From contig OZ024755.1 of NCBI GenBank assembly GCA_964016885.1, forward strand, positions 23,498,001 through 23,562,000: a stretch of DNA of 64,000 nucleotides, given 5' to 3'. The notes beneath the pieces are model-generated. The model made no database searches. It saw nothing but the letters and a program-made list of their open reading frames with translations, and was not told the origin of the DNA. The position numbers and the translations under genes were made by a program. Source of the stretch: Eledone cirrhosa (taxonomy: Eukaryota). This document shows positions 52,321 to 64,000 of this stretch, piece after piece. Each line of letters opens with the position of its first letter. Within the stretch, counting starts at the first letter, position 1.

Positions 52321-55300
52321 TAAAATTAAAACGAGAATAAAAAAACCCCTGCAACAATTCAGATTGAACATGAACTTTACAAACTTCCCTTACATATCCT
52401 TATACCACAATCTAAAATAGTTATGGCCATTACCTGTTTTCTTCAGATTAACTATTAAATAAGGAAGAGAAAACATCCCAAAACAGTGACAAGTCTTCCA
52501 ATATATGCATTGCCTTTGATTCATCATCATAAATAAATAAATTAAGGAAATAGAAAGTATTGATTCTGTTATATATTGTACTAAAATAATCAATTTTTGT
52601 TCCTACCATTACATCACATGTACATTAAATCTATTGCTTTTTTGATACACTCACTCAGTTTATCTGGCAGTTTATGGCCAAACCATAAGAACTCCTTACT
52701 TTAAAGTGTATTTTATTGTTTATAATCTAAGAGAATGCAGATAAGGTAGAGAATCAAGGTAGATGCTTGAGGATGCCAAGTTGGTATTTCATATTCAAAT
52801 TCATCTTCCTGGGTTAATTTAACTTAACCATTTAGCATTTACATTATTCTCTATAACTATTGTATTTTTGTGTTAAAGGCTTTATCTCACATAATATCAA
52901 AATCTACAAGATTTTGATATTATTTATTTTGAGAACAATACCATCAGTATGAGTGGCCAGTTACAGCTGGTTTGAACAGAAAGAGGTGAGAGAATTCTGG
53001 CTGGATACAACTGGTTTAAATGCTAAAGGGTTAAATGCCAATAAAATTATACAGTCAGTAATAAAAATGCCCATATCTTCAACATTTAAAACTAGGGTCA
53101 ATAAAATATGTCATTCTAGTAAAATTCAACTGACTATGCTCCTTCTTTATAAATATGTGGCATTACATCTATATAAAGATAAATTATTGTAATATCTGTG
53201 GCATATTAATTCTGTTAATAGTGTCATTTATCTGTTATACAAGCTAAGGTAGGGCAATTGTTTATTTTTATTTTTTAAATCCTTTTTGTTATCATATTTC
53301 TAATGAAAGACACTACCTATGATTTTCAAATACCTTTGAAAATAATCAAGAATTTGGTGTTTGGAACATAATAGTTCCTACGTAAAATTATGATGGAAGG
53401 GTGTTATATTTAGATAAATATAAACAATTTAAAACAAACAACTTTGTATCATAGAAACATGGGCAGCTTCAGGTAAATTGGTATCAAAAGGGATAAAGGC
53501 CTTACTAACATAAGTAATGTAAAATGAATTCAGTTAAGAATCAAAGCTGTAGATCACTGGATATTTTCATAATTATTTAAAAGTTCACAAGACATTGATA
53601 TTTGTAACAGAAATTGTAATAATGGTTTTTCATTTAGGCACAAAGCCAACAATTTTAGGGGAGGGGAAAGTCGATTAAATCAATCCCAGTGCATTACTGG
53701 TACTTTAACTTATCGACCCCGTAAGGACGAAAGGCAAAGCTAACCTCGGCGGGATTTGAATTCAAAACGTAAAGGATGTAACTCTATGCTGCAACGCATG
53801 GTGTCCAATGCTCTACCAATACTGCCAATCCACCGCCCTTAGAAATAGCAATAATGATAGCAGTTTTGAACATCTGCGTACTCCTCATGTTTATCAAGTA
53901 TAAACACAGGGAAGATTTATTTAGACACACTAGCTCTATGTTAACATGAAGACTTGGTTATAAACCTGCCATGATGAATATACTTATTTTCCTGTGACAA
54001 TAATATATTTACTATTATATTTTCATGGTAAAGGCTTTATCACACATAATTTCGAATCTATGAGATATTGATATTATTTATGTTGAGAACAATACACTTT
54101 AACATCAGTATGAGTGGCCGATTACAGCCATTTTGAACAGAAAGAGGTGAGAGAATTCTGGCTGGATAGAGCCGGTTCAAACTGTGTGTATATGACACAT
54201 GGTTTTCACGTTACTTGTTCAAAGCTATGTGTATATGGCACAATGTGATTTTAAGTTAACTTGTTCAAAACTATGTGTATATGACACAAAGTAAAGAGAA
54301 GTAGGATATCATGATTGTATATAAAATAACATGTGCTAAATGGAAGTGCTGAATTTTTTATTTTAATCTTTTTAATCTGTTCTTTCAGAGTTTGCAGTTA
54401 AATTATTTGCAATAATTTCTAGTGTAGCATATTTGTATTGATTCAGTTCAAACAGTTGAAAATGTTAATTATTTCCAGATTGTTTCTGAAAGGAGACTTC
54501 AGTTTATAGAAGATAAAGAGCAATCACTTTCAGAGAGTGTCTAATGAAAGATATAATATTTGATGGAAATAAGACCAACCGTATGTTAAAACTCCCACAG
54601 TACAAATAAAAGAATAATGTCAATATAGAGATAAAATAAAATAAAATTCTGACAGTTACTACAGACCTTGTCTTTAGTAACAATAATGCGTGTATGAAAC
54701 ATATACATATACACCAGGTCCGAACAGAAAGGAACCAAACTCCTACTGTCACTGCCTCCATTTCTCCCGCTCTCTTCATCTCACACTACAGTTGGTTGGT
54801 TAGTGTAGGTTTGAAGGTAGAGAAATAGAAATAAACTGATCAGTTTTATCTGGTTCAACTGCAATATTGATCTGTTTGTATTTGGACATTTGTGAGATGT
54901 TAAAAACACCAATCAGAATACTGAAAGTCAACACAGAGGTATTTTTAAAGAGGAAACAAGAAAAATATCAAAAATGAAAAAGAATTGAAACTATTTATAA
55001 TCAATATATTTTAGTCTGAAATGTAACCACAATATACAATAGCTACAGGTTATTGACAATACCTATATATTAATTTCTGAGAACCACCAAATGTTAATCA
55101 ACTAAAAATCTGGGAAATAAAACTGAATTTCTAAACAAAAAAGAAAATCATTGAAAACTACTGTATATGTCACCCTCTTCTCAGGCATCCAAATAATAAA
55201 CATTATTATCCCCACAAAAGTAGAAACAAGGGACAGGATAATTCTCCACAGGGACAGGATAATTCTCATGAGGAAATACTGAAATATCAAATAAAGACCT

Positions 55301-55819
55301 TAACTGTCCAGCTCTCACATGGAGAAATCTATCATCATAAATTGTTGAAGCTAAACTGATATGCTTCTACAAAGAAGAATGAACAATAAAAGAAATTTAA
55401 CCCTTTATCATTTACATTATATATACTATCATATTTCCACTATAAATGCTTTATCTTACATAATATTGAATCTGAGATTGTGATATTATTTATTTCGAGA
55501 ACAATACCTTATCAGTATGAGTGGACAGTTACAGCTGGTTTGAAGAGAAAGAACAGAGAATTCTGGCTGGATAAGGGCGGTTTAAATGCTAAAGGTTTAG
55601 GCAACTAAGAGGATAAAATCAAATCAAAGGCTGTCTTCTGCTTTGCATGGGAGTCTCTTGTCTTTGTAATAGCAACACAAACCTGAGGTTATAATACTGT
55701 AAATATACATATTGTCCATTTAATAGTTTATCAGAAAATTATTCATTGAATTTACTATTCATCATCATCATCGTTTAACGTCCATCTTCCATGCTAGCAT
55801 AATTGAAAACAAGAGATTC

Positions 55820-56281
55820 GTCCTCTTCAATTTCAAGATGGCATTGGTCAACCATGTCATCTGTAAATATTGTGAGAAAGTTTTCTGCAACCACATTTTT
55901 CAATCATGTGGATTTATTTCTTGCCCAATTCTAATCTCATAGGAATGCTAATTTAAATCATAGTGCACATGATCTGCAATGTTTAGCACAGCGTCATGTT
56001 TTGATGCAGAATGATGAGGAATTTATTACAATCTGTTTCATGACTTCAATATTCTCTGATGTTCAGAGACTTGCATTAATAATTTATTTTTTTAATACTG
56101 AATTATTTAACCAGAAGTTTTCTACACATCACAATATAGTATTTTGACTTTGGAGGTTCGATGGTTTACATTAAAATGCAAACAAAAATTTGCTTCACTT
56201 GAGTAAATAAGTTATCGCTTTCCTCATTGGGTAAATTACTGTCATTTTAAAGACCATAGGTTTCTCTGTCGGACTCTGTAT
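55820..56281 (-). mobile_element. Tc1/mariner-superfamily 5' remnant
   Basis: Terminus TA|CAGAGTCCGACAGAGAAACCT followed by decayed HTH-like coding sequence (FxLHFNV..EPPKSK..VENF). Confidence 0.5.
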
Positions 56282-59002
56282 ATACCAGGTCTTCGAAAGC
56301 TACAACTAATGAACCAATTAATCATAATATTTTGAATGTATGTCACCTTGATAGAATAAATGCAAGTCAGCTGACAAAGTGACTGAATATTGGACATATT
56401 TGTTAGTGAATACAAAAGAGACAACTGCTATGAGTAGGGAATAAGTGATCTCTACTAGATATATGCAATGAATAATCAATAAATAAACATATAAGCGAAG
56501 AAGATTCAGTGTTAGGTAGTTATATAAAATATAACTATGTCAGAAGTGAAATAGCAAAGAATGAGGAAAGGTGCAGATTTCTATTCTACATATTGCCTAA
56601 TCTACAACAACAAGCTGAGAAGACATAAAATGGTCATGTTGATAGTGGTGGTCATGAGGACTATAGCCATGTGAATGATGATGGATATACAAAGTTGTAA
56701 TGAAATTAAGTTATGTTAAGAATCAATAAGTGAAAAAGCTATAGAATTCTATACAGATGTCAAATAATCAATTGATATCTATTTTGTTTGTTTTTTTTAC
56801 TAAATATTGACAACTTAAAATGAAATGTAGGTGGCGAACTGGCAGAATTGTTAGAACATAGGATAGAGTTAAAATCTGCACTCTGAGTTAAAATCCTGCC
56901 AACATCAACTTAGCCTTTCATCTATTCAAGGTCAATAAAAAAAGTACCAGTCTAGTGTTGGGGTCAATTCTTTCTCTATATCTCTTTCTCACTTCCTCAA
57001 TATCACCCTCTCTCTCTCTCTCTCCTTTTCTGGAAGAAATCAGCTGTGTTCAGACCAGGAGAGGGATGGGTTCTGCCAGGTTTAACCTGCCCAAGACATA
57101 CCATATACCACTACAGCACCCATACGACCCCAATGAGTAGCAGTTTACAAAAGCACATTTACAAAACATACAATGGCTGCAGAGAGGCTGAGATTCATCA
57201 TCATCATCATTTCATTTTACGTCCACTTTTTCCCTGCTTGCAAGGGTGGGACGGGAACTGATTCTGGCTTGATTTCTACAGCTGGATGCCCTTCCTAACA
57301 CCAACCTCATTTACAGTGAGTGCTGGGTGCTTTTTTTGCCGTGGCACCTCCACGACCACTTTGCAGTGGAATGATATGGATCCCAGTCCCTATCATCTCA
57401 TTTCTACAGCTGAGTAAACTGGAGCAATGTGAAATAAAGTGTCTTGCTCAAGGAAACAACACATCACCCGGTCTGAGAATTGAACTCACAACCATTCGAT
57501 TGCAAGGCCAATGCTCTAACCACTACGCCATGTACCTCCATAGTTTGCAGTTATATATTCCCTCAGATATTACATGACACGGTAATACAACCTGCTAATC
57601 CCTACCCAACTCATAGCTTATACAGCATACTAAGTTGTGTTACTTTTATGACACACCTGTAATATATATATATATATTTACTGTGCAACCTTGATTCACA
57701 AATGCCTCACATCATGAACAAATCAGTTCACAAACAATTTTTCCGTACATAAAACGTCTCAGGTGAGGAACAGTATCTCGAGTAATGAACAATGGTTGGC
57801 GACAAGCTGGGAGTATCAGCGAGAAAGCGTCACTTGTTGTGTAGTTAGTTAGTATGATGATATCTACTTATCTTTCATACACAGTCTCTCTCTCTCTCTC
57901 TATTTCTTTATCAACATTTCCTATGGAAAAATAGTTTCAGTTTACGAACATTTCGGGTGATGTATGGCCTTCAGGAACAAATTAAGTTTGTGAACCAACA
58001 TTCCACTGTTATTTATACAAGTTATATATATATATATATATTCATTGACAGTCTGTGGAACAGTGACTGGGAAGAGCAGAAATTGGAGTTGTACTTGATA
58101 CATAGTATGATGTTGAGAGGATATATTAAGCAAGTAGAGGATCAATCGAAAGCTCAAGTGGTTTCGGATCCAGCAGAAACCACCTGAGCTCTACTTCACA
58201 CACACACACACACATATATATATGCAAATATATATACACATATACAAATACATAAATATACCCACATATATATGTGGGTGCATGTGCTAGTGTGGAAGAT
58301 GGACGTTAAACGATGATGATGATGATATATAATATGTATATATATATAAATATACACACATACACACTAACACCTTAATCAGAGAGATAAAGAGAGAGAG
58401 AGAGTGATGGGTGGGAATAAACACAGTTACCTATTGATGTATAAAACATTATGCATTAAATTTTAGTATCAGTAAAATATAATATCTTAAGAATTACTAT
58501 TTTTTTCCTTCTTACTATTACTATCAATAAACAGAAATAAACTATATATGTAAGTATTGTGAGGTTTGTAAATAGTCATGTGTTATTGTTGTTCAAATAT
58601 AGTTTTTAACAGATATTTCAAGACACAGAATCAAGGACGTCTGTATGACATTGTTTCACTTGATAAAAAAAAGAAAAATCAAGTATTTATCATCATGATC
58701 ATCAATTCATGTAAAACCTCTTCTGTTTTTCAATGCTTGCAGGAGTTTCAGTTGCTTGATTACATTCAAATCATATCAACTGAATAAATATATAATCATC
58801 ATTTTGAGCATGTACAATCAGAGTGAAGGTTTAAAATAAAAAAAAAATAAAAAAAATGAAAATATAATTTTATATAAAACTCCATAAAAGAAAAGCTATA
58901 GTTTCATTTTATTTATTTTTTTTTTTTTTATGAAGCAAATAATCAAAATATAGTTGTCAGTTAGTTGTTGCTATTACTGCTTTGCAACCAGATTTTCCTC
59001 AC

Positions 59003-59036
59003 CTGCTGTAGTACACTCTGATTCATATATATTCAT
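59003..59036 (-). CDS. Speculative upstream first coding exon of MINDY (MNIYESECTTA|A)
   Basis: ATG at 59036, 11 codons plus 1 nt, then a strong donor CAG|GTGAGG. Phase 1 matches the acceptor at 33252. There is no homology support, so it could be chance. Confidence 0.2.
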
Positions 59037-59494
59037 ATAATGAAGAACAAGGTTTTAGCAAGCTCTTGACCTGGTTCAATTCATTATCACATGACCCTGT
59101 TGTATGGAATTAGGTCTACATACTATTTAAAATCTTTGTTGTTTGTTCAGGCTATGGCTGGTCCTGATCAACCAGATCTCTAATGAAAGTGTACCAGCCA
59201 AATCTATCTCATCATATTTGCAAACAATATAAGATGTTTGAATACAGATTTGAGAAAAATTTAGCTGTTATTTCTAACAAGTCAAACGACATGTTAGAAA
59301 TAGCAGCCAAATCAGTAACAAGCTGTAGTTAACAAGGAACAAAAAACATATTTGAATTACAGTTACCAAAATAATCAAAATTATTCAATATTAATGGGTG
59401 ACACATTGGCAGAGTTGTTAGAGCGGTAAACAAAACACCTGAGTTCAAATCCAATCAAGGTCAATTTTATCTTTCAACAGTTTAGAGAGTTGCT

Positions 59495-59795
59495 CTAGGT
59501 AGAGCTGCTACTTCTTTGAATTGAGAAATCACAATTCTGATACTATGGGCATGTCGTTAGAATGTCTCAGGAAAGAATCACTGGACAGATTTTACGGACA
59601 AAACCAACTGGCAGGAGACCCAGGGGTAAATCCTGAGCAAGATGGTTGGATAACATCTATGAACTTGGCTGGTCACACTTGGGGATCCAGCCGGATCAGT
59701 TGGAGATGGTTGCTTCTGACAGGACCCACTGGAAGGAATGTTTAAGGATTCGGCCCCCACAACCTTCTCAGGAATAAGTGGACTAAGAAGAAGAT
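59495..59795 (+). repeat. Unclassified dispersed repeat (copies at about 17520-17735, 23435-23555 and 38205-38395)
   Basis: Shared CTGGACAGATTTTACGG.CAAAACCAA..GCAGGAGACCCAGGGGTA...GATGGTTGGATAACATC. It produces the similar short ORFs at 17509, 38232 and 59521. Confidence 0.8.
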
Positions 59796-60941
59796 TCTTT
59801 CAGAGTTGAAAAAAAATCAAGTAGCAGTCCAGGGTAGTGGACTTGTTGAATTGTTAAGAGAGTTGAATGTGATGCATTGCAACCTAATTATAAGGTGTTT
59901 TTAGCAGAGAGTCATCTATGTTTCAATCATTTGGGCTAGATCTCTGGGTTCAGGAGAACTTACCCTCACCAGTCTCAGAGGCCCAGAAAAAATAAAGGTC
60001 ATAGATATTGCTCTTCCCTGACTAAAAAAAAAAGGCATATCTTTTAAAATGCATAGTATGTTGTAACAAACAGAAAGAAAGAGACATAAATAATGAAAAA
60101 AAGGAGAAAGGAAGCTTAGACTCTACACTCCTGGCTAGGTGGTATATCTCAGTGCATCCTGCAGACAAAATGGTGAAAGCATTGCTGCAGAGAACAATGT
60201 TTTATAGCCAGATATCCTTCCTTATGTTAACTCTTTTAATTGTCTCTTATGACATGCAGGTATAAGGTGTACCTATTCTAAATATTCACACAGTAAATGC
60301 CAGTACAGAATATTAGACATTAAAAAAAAAAAGGGAAATGATAATGATGATAATAAAATATTTTATTTAATATATCAAAATCTAATACAAGGTGGTATGT
60401 GTAATACCTGATTCGAGACTACGGACTCAAAACACTAACTCCAGTAAGTATCCGTTATATGAGTCAAAAAGGCACCATTTTGGCATACAGCATTTTTTAA
60501 ACATTTTAAACCTGGCAGAGACCAACACTCTCCAGGCCTTAGTACAGAAGATTTCTTCCAGAGAACTATATATATCATCATCATCATCATCGTTTAACGT
60601 CCATGTTCCACGCTTGCATGGGTTTGGACGGGAGTTTTCCCACTTGAGGCAAGAGTGATTGTCTTGCTCGCATAGGACTGTCTGGCGGGTTTTCTACAGC
60701 TGGATGCCCTTCCTAACACCAACCACATTTAGTGTGGGACTGGGAGGTTTTTACCGTGTTGCCTACATGGCCACATTACAGCGTGGACTGTGTGTTTTTT
60801 TGTCGTGACACCTACACGATCTCATTTGTTTCGGCCTGGATGGCGCGGCACCAACATAACTTTACATTGAAAGGGGCGGTGTGGATGGGGTGGGGGTGGT
60901 GGGACGGGGGTGTATTTTGTTAGAGATGCCTACTGACTGTA

Positions 60942-60976
<35 letters not shown>

Positions 60977-63900
60977 AGTAGAAGGGGTATTTAATTTGTT
61001 GGAAATCCGACAAATATAAATGTTTATAACTGATTTAGAGCACTCAACATATTCCTGATATAAATGAAAATATATAAATGAAAATATATAAATGAAAATA
61101 GAGGAATTAACGAAAGCAAGAAGCCAACAGTAATTCAGACATATAAGTAAGTGACTATTACGTCAAGATGAAAAATATTTAACGTAAGATATGGGAAAAT
61201 AATTTAATCCCAATTCAAGACCAGAAATTTTATCCACAGATTTTGTGTAATCCGGGGAAAAAAACCAATAGAATCTTAACTCAAAATAAAATTAAGAGTA
61301 AATACTTATCCGTCAATTTGGAAAAATCTACAAATATATATATATATTATATATATATATATACGGAAAAAAATGAAACAAATTTCATTTCCCACTCTTA
61401 GTACGGCTGTTACTTAAATATAAGTATGTACACGTACATACATATATGCATACAGACGTACAGTAGTATGTATATATATATATACATACATGCACATATA
61501 TATATATGTACGTATGGATTCACCAAACATTTATTATAATGCTTGGTGTGTTTGTAAACAAACATCCCGTATTAAGCCGTAGTGTCCAGCAACCATCGAA
61601 AAGGTGACAGGCAAAGCTGACCAGGGTGAAATTTGAACTCAGAAAGCTGGAATGAATACCGCAAAGCATTCTATCTGGTGTTAAATAACAGCTCTGCCAG
61701 TTTGCCACTATAGTGTTTAGATAGTACCCTATATTAATTTGTTTTCTAAAGGCTTGATGGGGCTGCTTATTAACACATTAATTATTATAATATTATTTTA
61801 AAATCTCTCTAAAATTTGAATTCATTCTGGATTACAAATGCTGCTAATACAATTAGAAACAACTGCTTTCTTTTTATGTCAGTTACTGTCAAGACCTTCG
61901 GTATCCTCGGTCCCTGAACTACCGTTTTCTTCTACAAAATTAGGAGGAGTGCATACCACCTGAGGAAGCAGCTCTGTGAGGTGGAGTGGCTGACACCGCA
62001 GGCGTAGATGGCTGTTCTCCACAGCAATGCCTTCACAATTTTTCCAAATAACACAGCTAAGATATACTGCCAAGACTGAAGTGCAGAGTCTGCCACACCT
62101 GCCCTCTTTTCTCATTTCATTTTTGTCTTTCTTTTTCATTAAAAAAAAAATTATATGAAATTATTATTTAATTGAAATTTGTTGAATAAATTTCATTTTG
62201 TCATATTTATCTGGCTGCTATTTTACAACCATGTGATATGATAACGAAACGTAAATGTTGAAGTTTGAAACACCAGGATTTTTTTCAACACACTGGCATA
62301 TATGTATATATGTGTGTGCACGTGTGTATGTACAAATGATTCATTTATATGTATGAATATATAAATATAAACGCGCAAACACAGGCACGCTTACAAAAAT
62401 ACACACTCACACAAATACACATACATTCACACAAACACACACAAACAGCATAGCAAATGGAATACCAGCTGCTGTTTTGCTATAGTTTTTTTTACCATCC
62501 CTTTCCTTCCTTTTAACTCACATGGAACGGAAGGCACTCCGTCGGTTATGGCGACGAGTGTTCCAGTTGATCCAATCAATGGAACAGCCTGCTCATGAAA
62601 TTAACGTTCAAGTGACTGAGCATTCCACAAACACACATACCCTTAATGTAGTTCTCAGGGAGATTTGGCAGGACACAGAATGTGACAAGGCTGGCCCTTC
62701 GAATTACAGGTGCAACTAATTTTTGCCAGCTGAGTGGACTGGAGCAACGTGAAAGAAAGTGTCTTGCTCAAGGACACAGCACGCCGCCAGGAATCAAACT
62801 CACAACCTTACAATTGTGAGCCAAATTCCCTAACCACAAAGCCACGTGCCTTTAATACATACATACATTCTCACACACACACACACACATTGTGTGACAG
62901 ACGGATGGAAGTCGCTCAAATTTATATATAGATTAGAAGAGCAATTTCCAGAGACATCTGGATCTAAATATCCTATGATATTAAACCACTTTGTATTTAT
63001 GGTAAAAAGAAAATGTTTAAGTACCATTTTATTGCATTCCAAGTTTTTCAAGTGTGTAAAACATAAAAATATAGCTCCAATATTATTAGGAATAATATTA
63101 AGAGAATAATGAAGATTTAAGTTATGGAATTTTGTTTATTTACAAAAATGCTTCGGGAGAAAACATTATGCTAATTTAACTGCATAACCATTGAAAGAAA
63201 GAAAAAAAAAAAATCAATCTTGGAGCAGCAAAGACAGCTGTTTTAGATGCCGACTATAGAAATAAATGCATTAATAATATCTAAAAATACAAGTTAAATA
63301 TATTTCCTTTTCTATGGCAAATAAAGCCCCCCCCCCTCCCTTAGCCCTTCTATTATGATATCAAGGAAATATTCTAAGTAATGCAATAGATGGAAAGAGT
63401 TTTTATGTTGCATGCAAGGGTAAATCGTTATAAAAAATCAAAACAAAACAAAACAAAACAAAACAAAACAAAACAAAAAAAAAAAAAGAGTAATTTCTCA
63501 TGCATTGAACTAATTAGGAAAAAAAAAAAGAAAATCAAAAATCAAAGATACCATTAAGGAATCTTCGTTAATAAATGAACACAATCAGGATCCTAGATTC
63601 TTTTCAAAATGTTTTGCAACACAGTTTCAAAGAATGTTTTCTTGACTTCAATATATTGTAACATATAAAATCCTGTCTATTCAGCAAATATTTTTATCCA
63701 TTAAAATCACAATTTCTGTTTTGTTAAAATATCTATAAGATGGCTTTAATTTCTTTCAGATTTTTACAGGCTTATTCCGCAATCAGCAATATGTAGGGCC
63801 AATAGTAGAAAAATTAGGGAATAGTGTTGTGAACTTCCATCATGGCTAAAGTTAGGGACAAATTTAAGCATATAATGTAAAATCCCTCCACTCTTGGCAC

Positions 63901-64000
63901 ACGCCTATGGGATACATTCTACCTGCTTCCGTAGGGTTGAAAAAACCCTTTCGTGCTACAGGAAACATAATGACCTCTTTAGTGTTGATGCCACAATAGA

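Overview
AT-rich, repeat-dense animal genomic DNA. The SINE/MITE/RTE-LINE content looks like a coleoid cephalopod (octopus); this is an inference. The main gene is a minus-strand MINDY1/2-type (FAM63) K48 deubiquitinase with four phase-consistent coding exons (33252-32147, 31323-31217, 29450-29260, 28521-28379) carrying the catalytic Gln/Cys/His. I could not find its 3' exons, so 1-28378 is probably one intron of at least 28 kb. Inside that stretch, on the opposite strand and absent from the ORF track, I reconstruct a spliced gene (16430-16550, 22121-22260, 22637-22740). It encodes a small secreted six-cysteine, probably GPI-anchored protein with neuritin/RGM-N-like Cys spacing. A 263-bp near-perfect palindrome at 44437-44699 carries two minimal type I hammerhead ribozymes on opposite strands, as in Penelope-like inverted repeats. 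The rest is transposon-derived: about 24 copies of a TTAA/piggyBac-type MITE, a nearly full-length decayed RTE LINE, mariner/Tc1/pogo remnants, SINEs and minisatellites.
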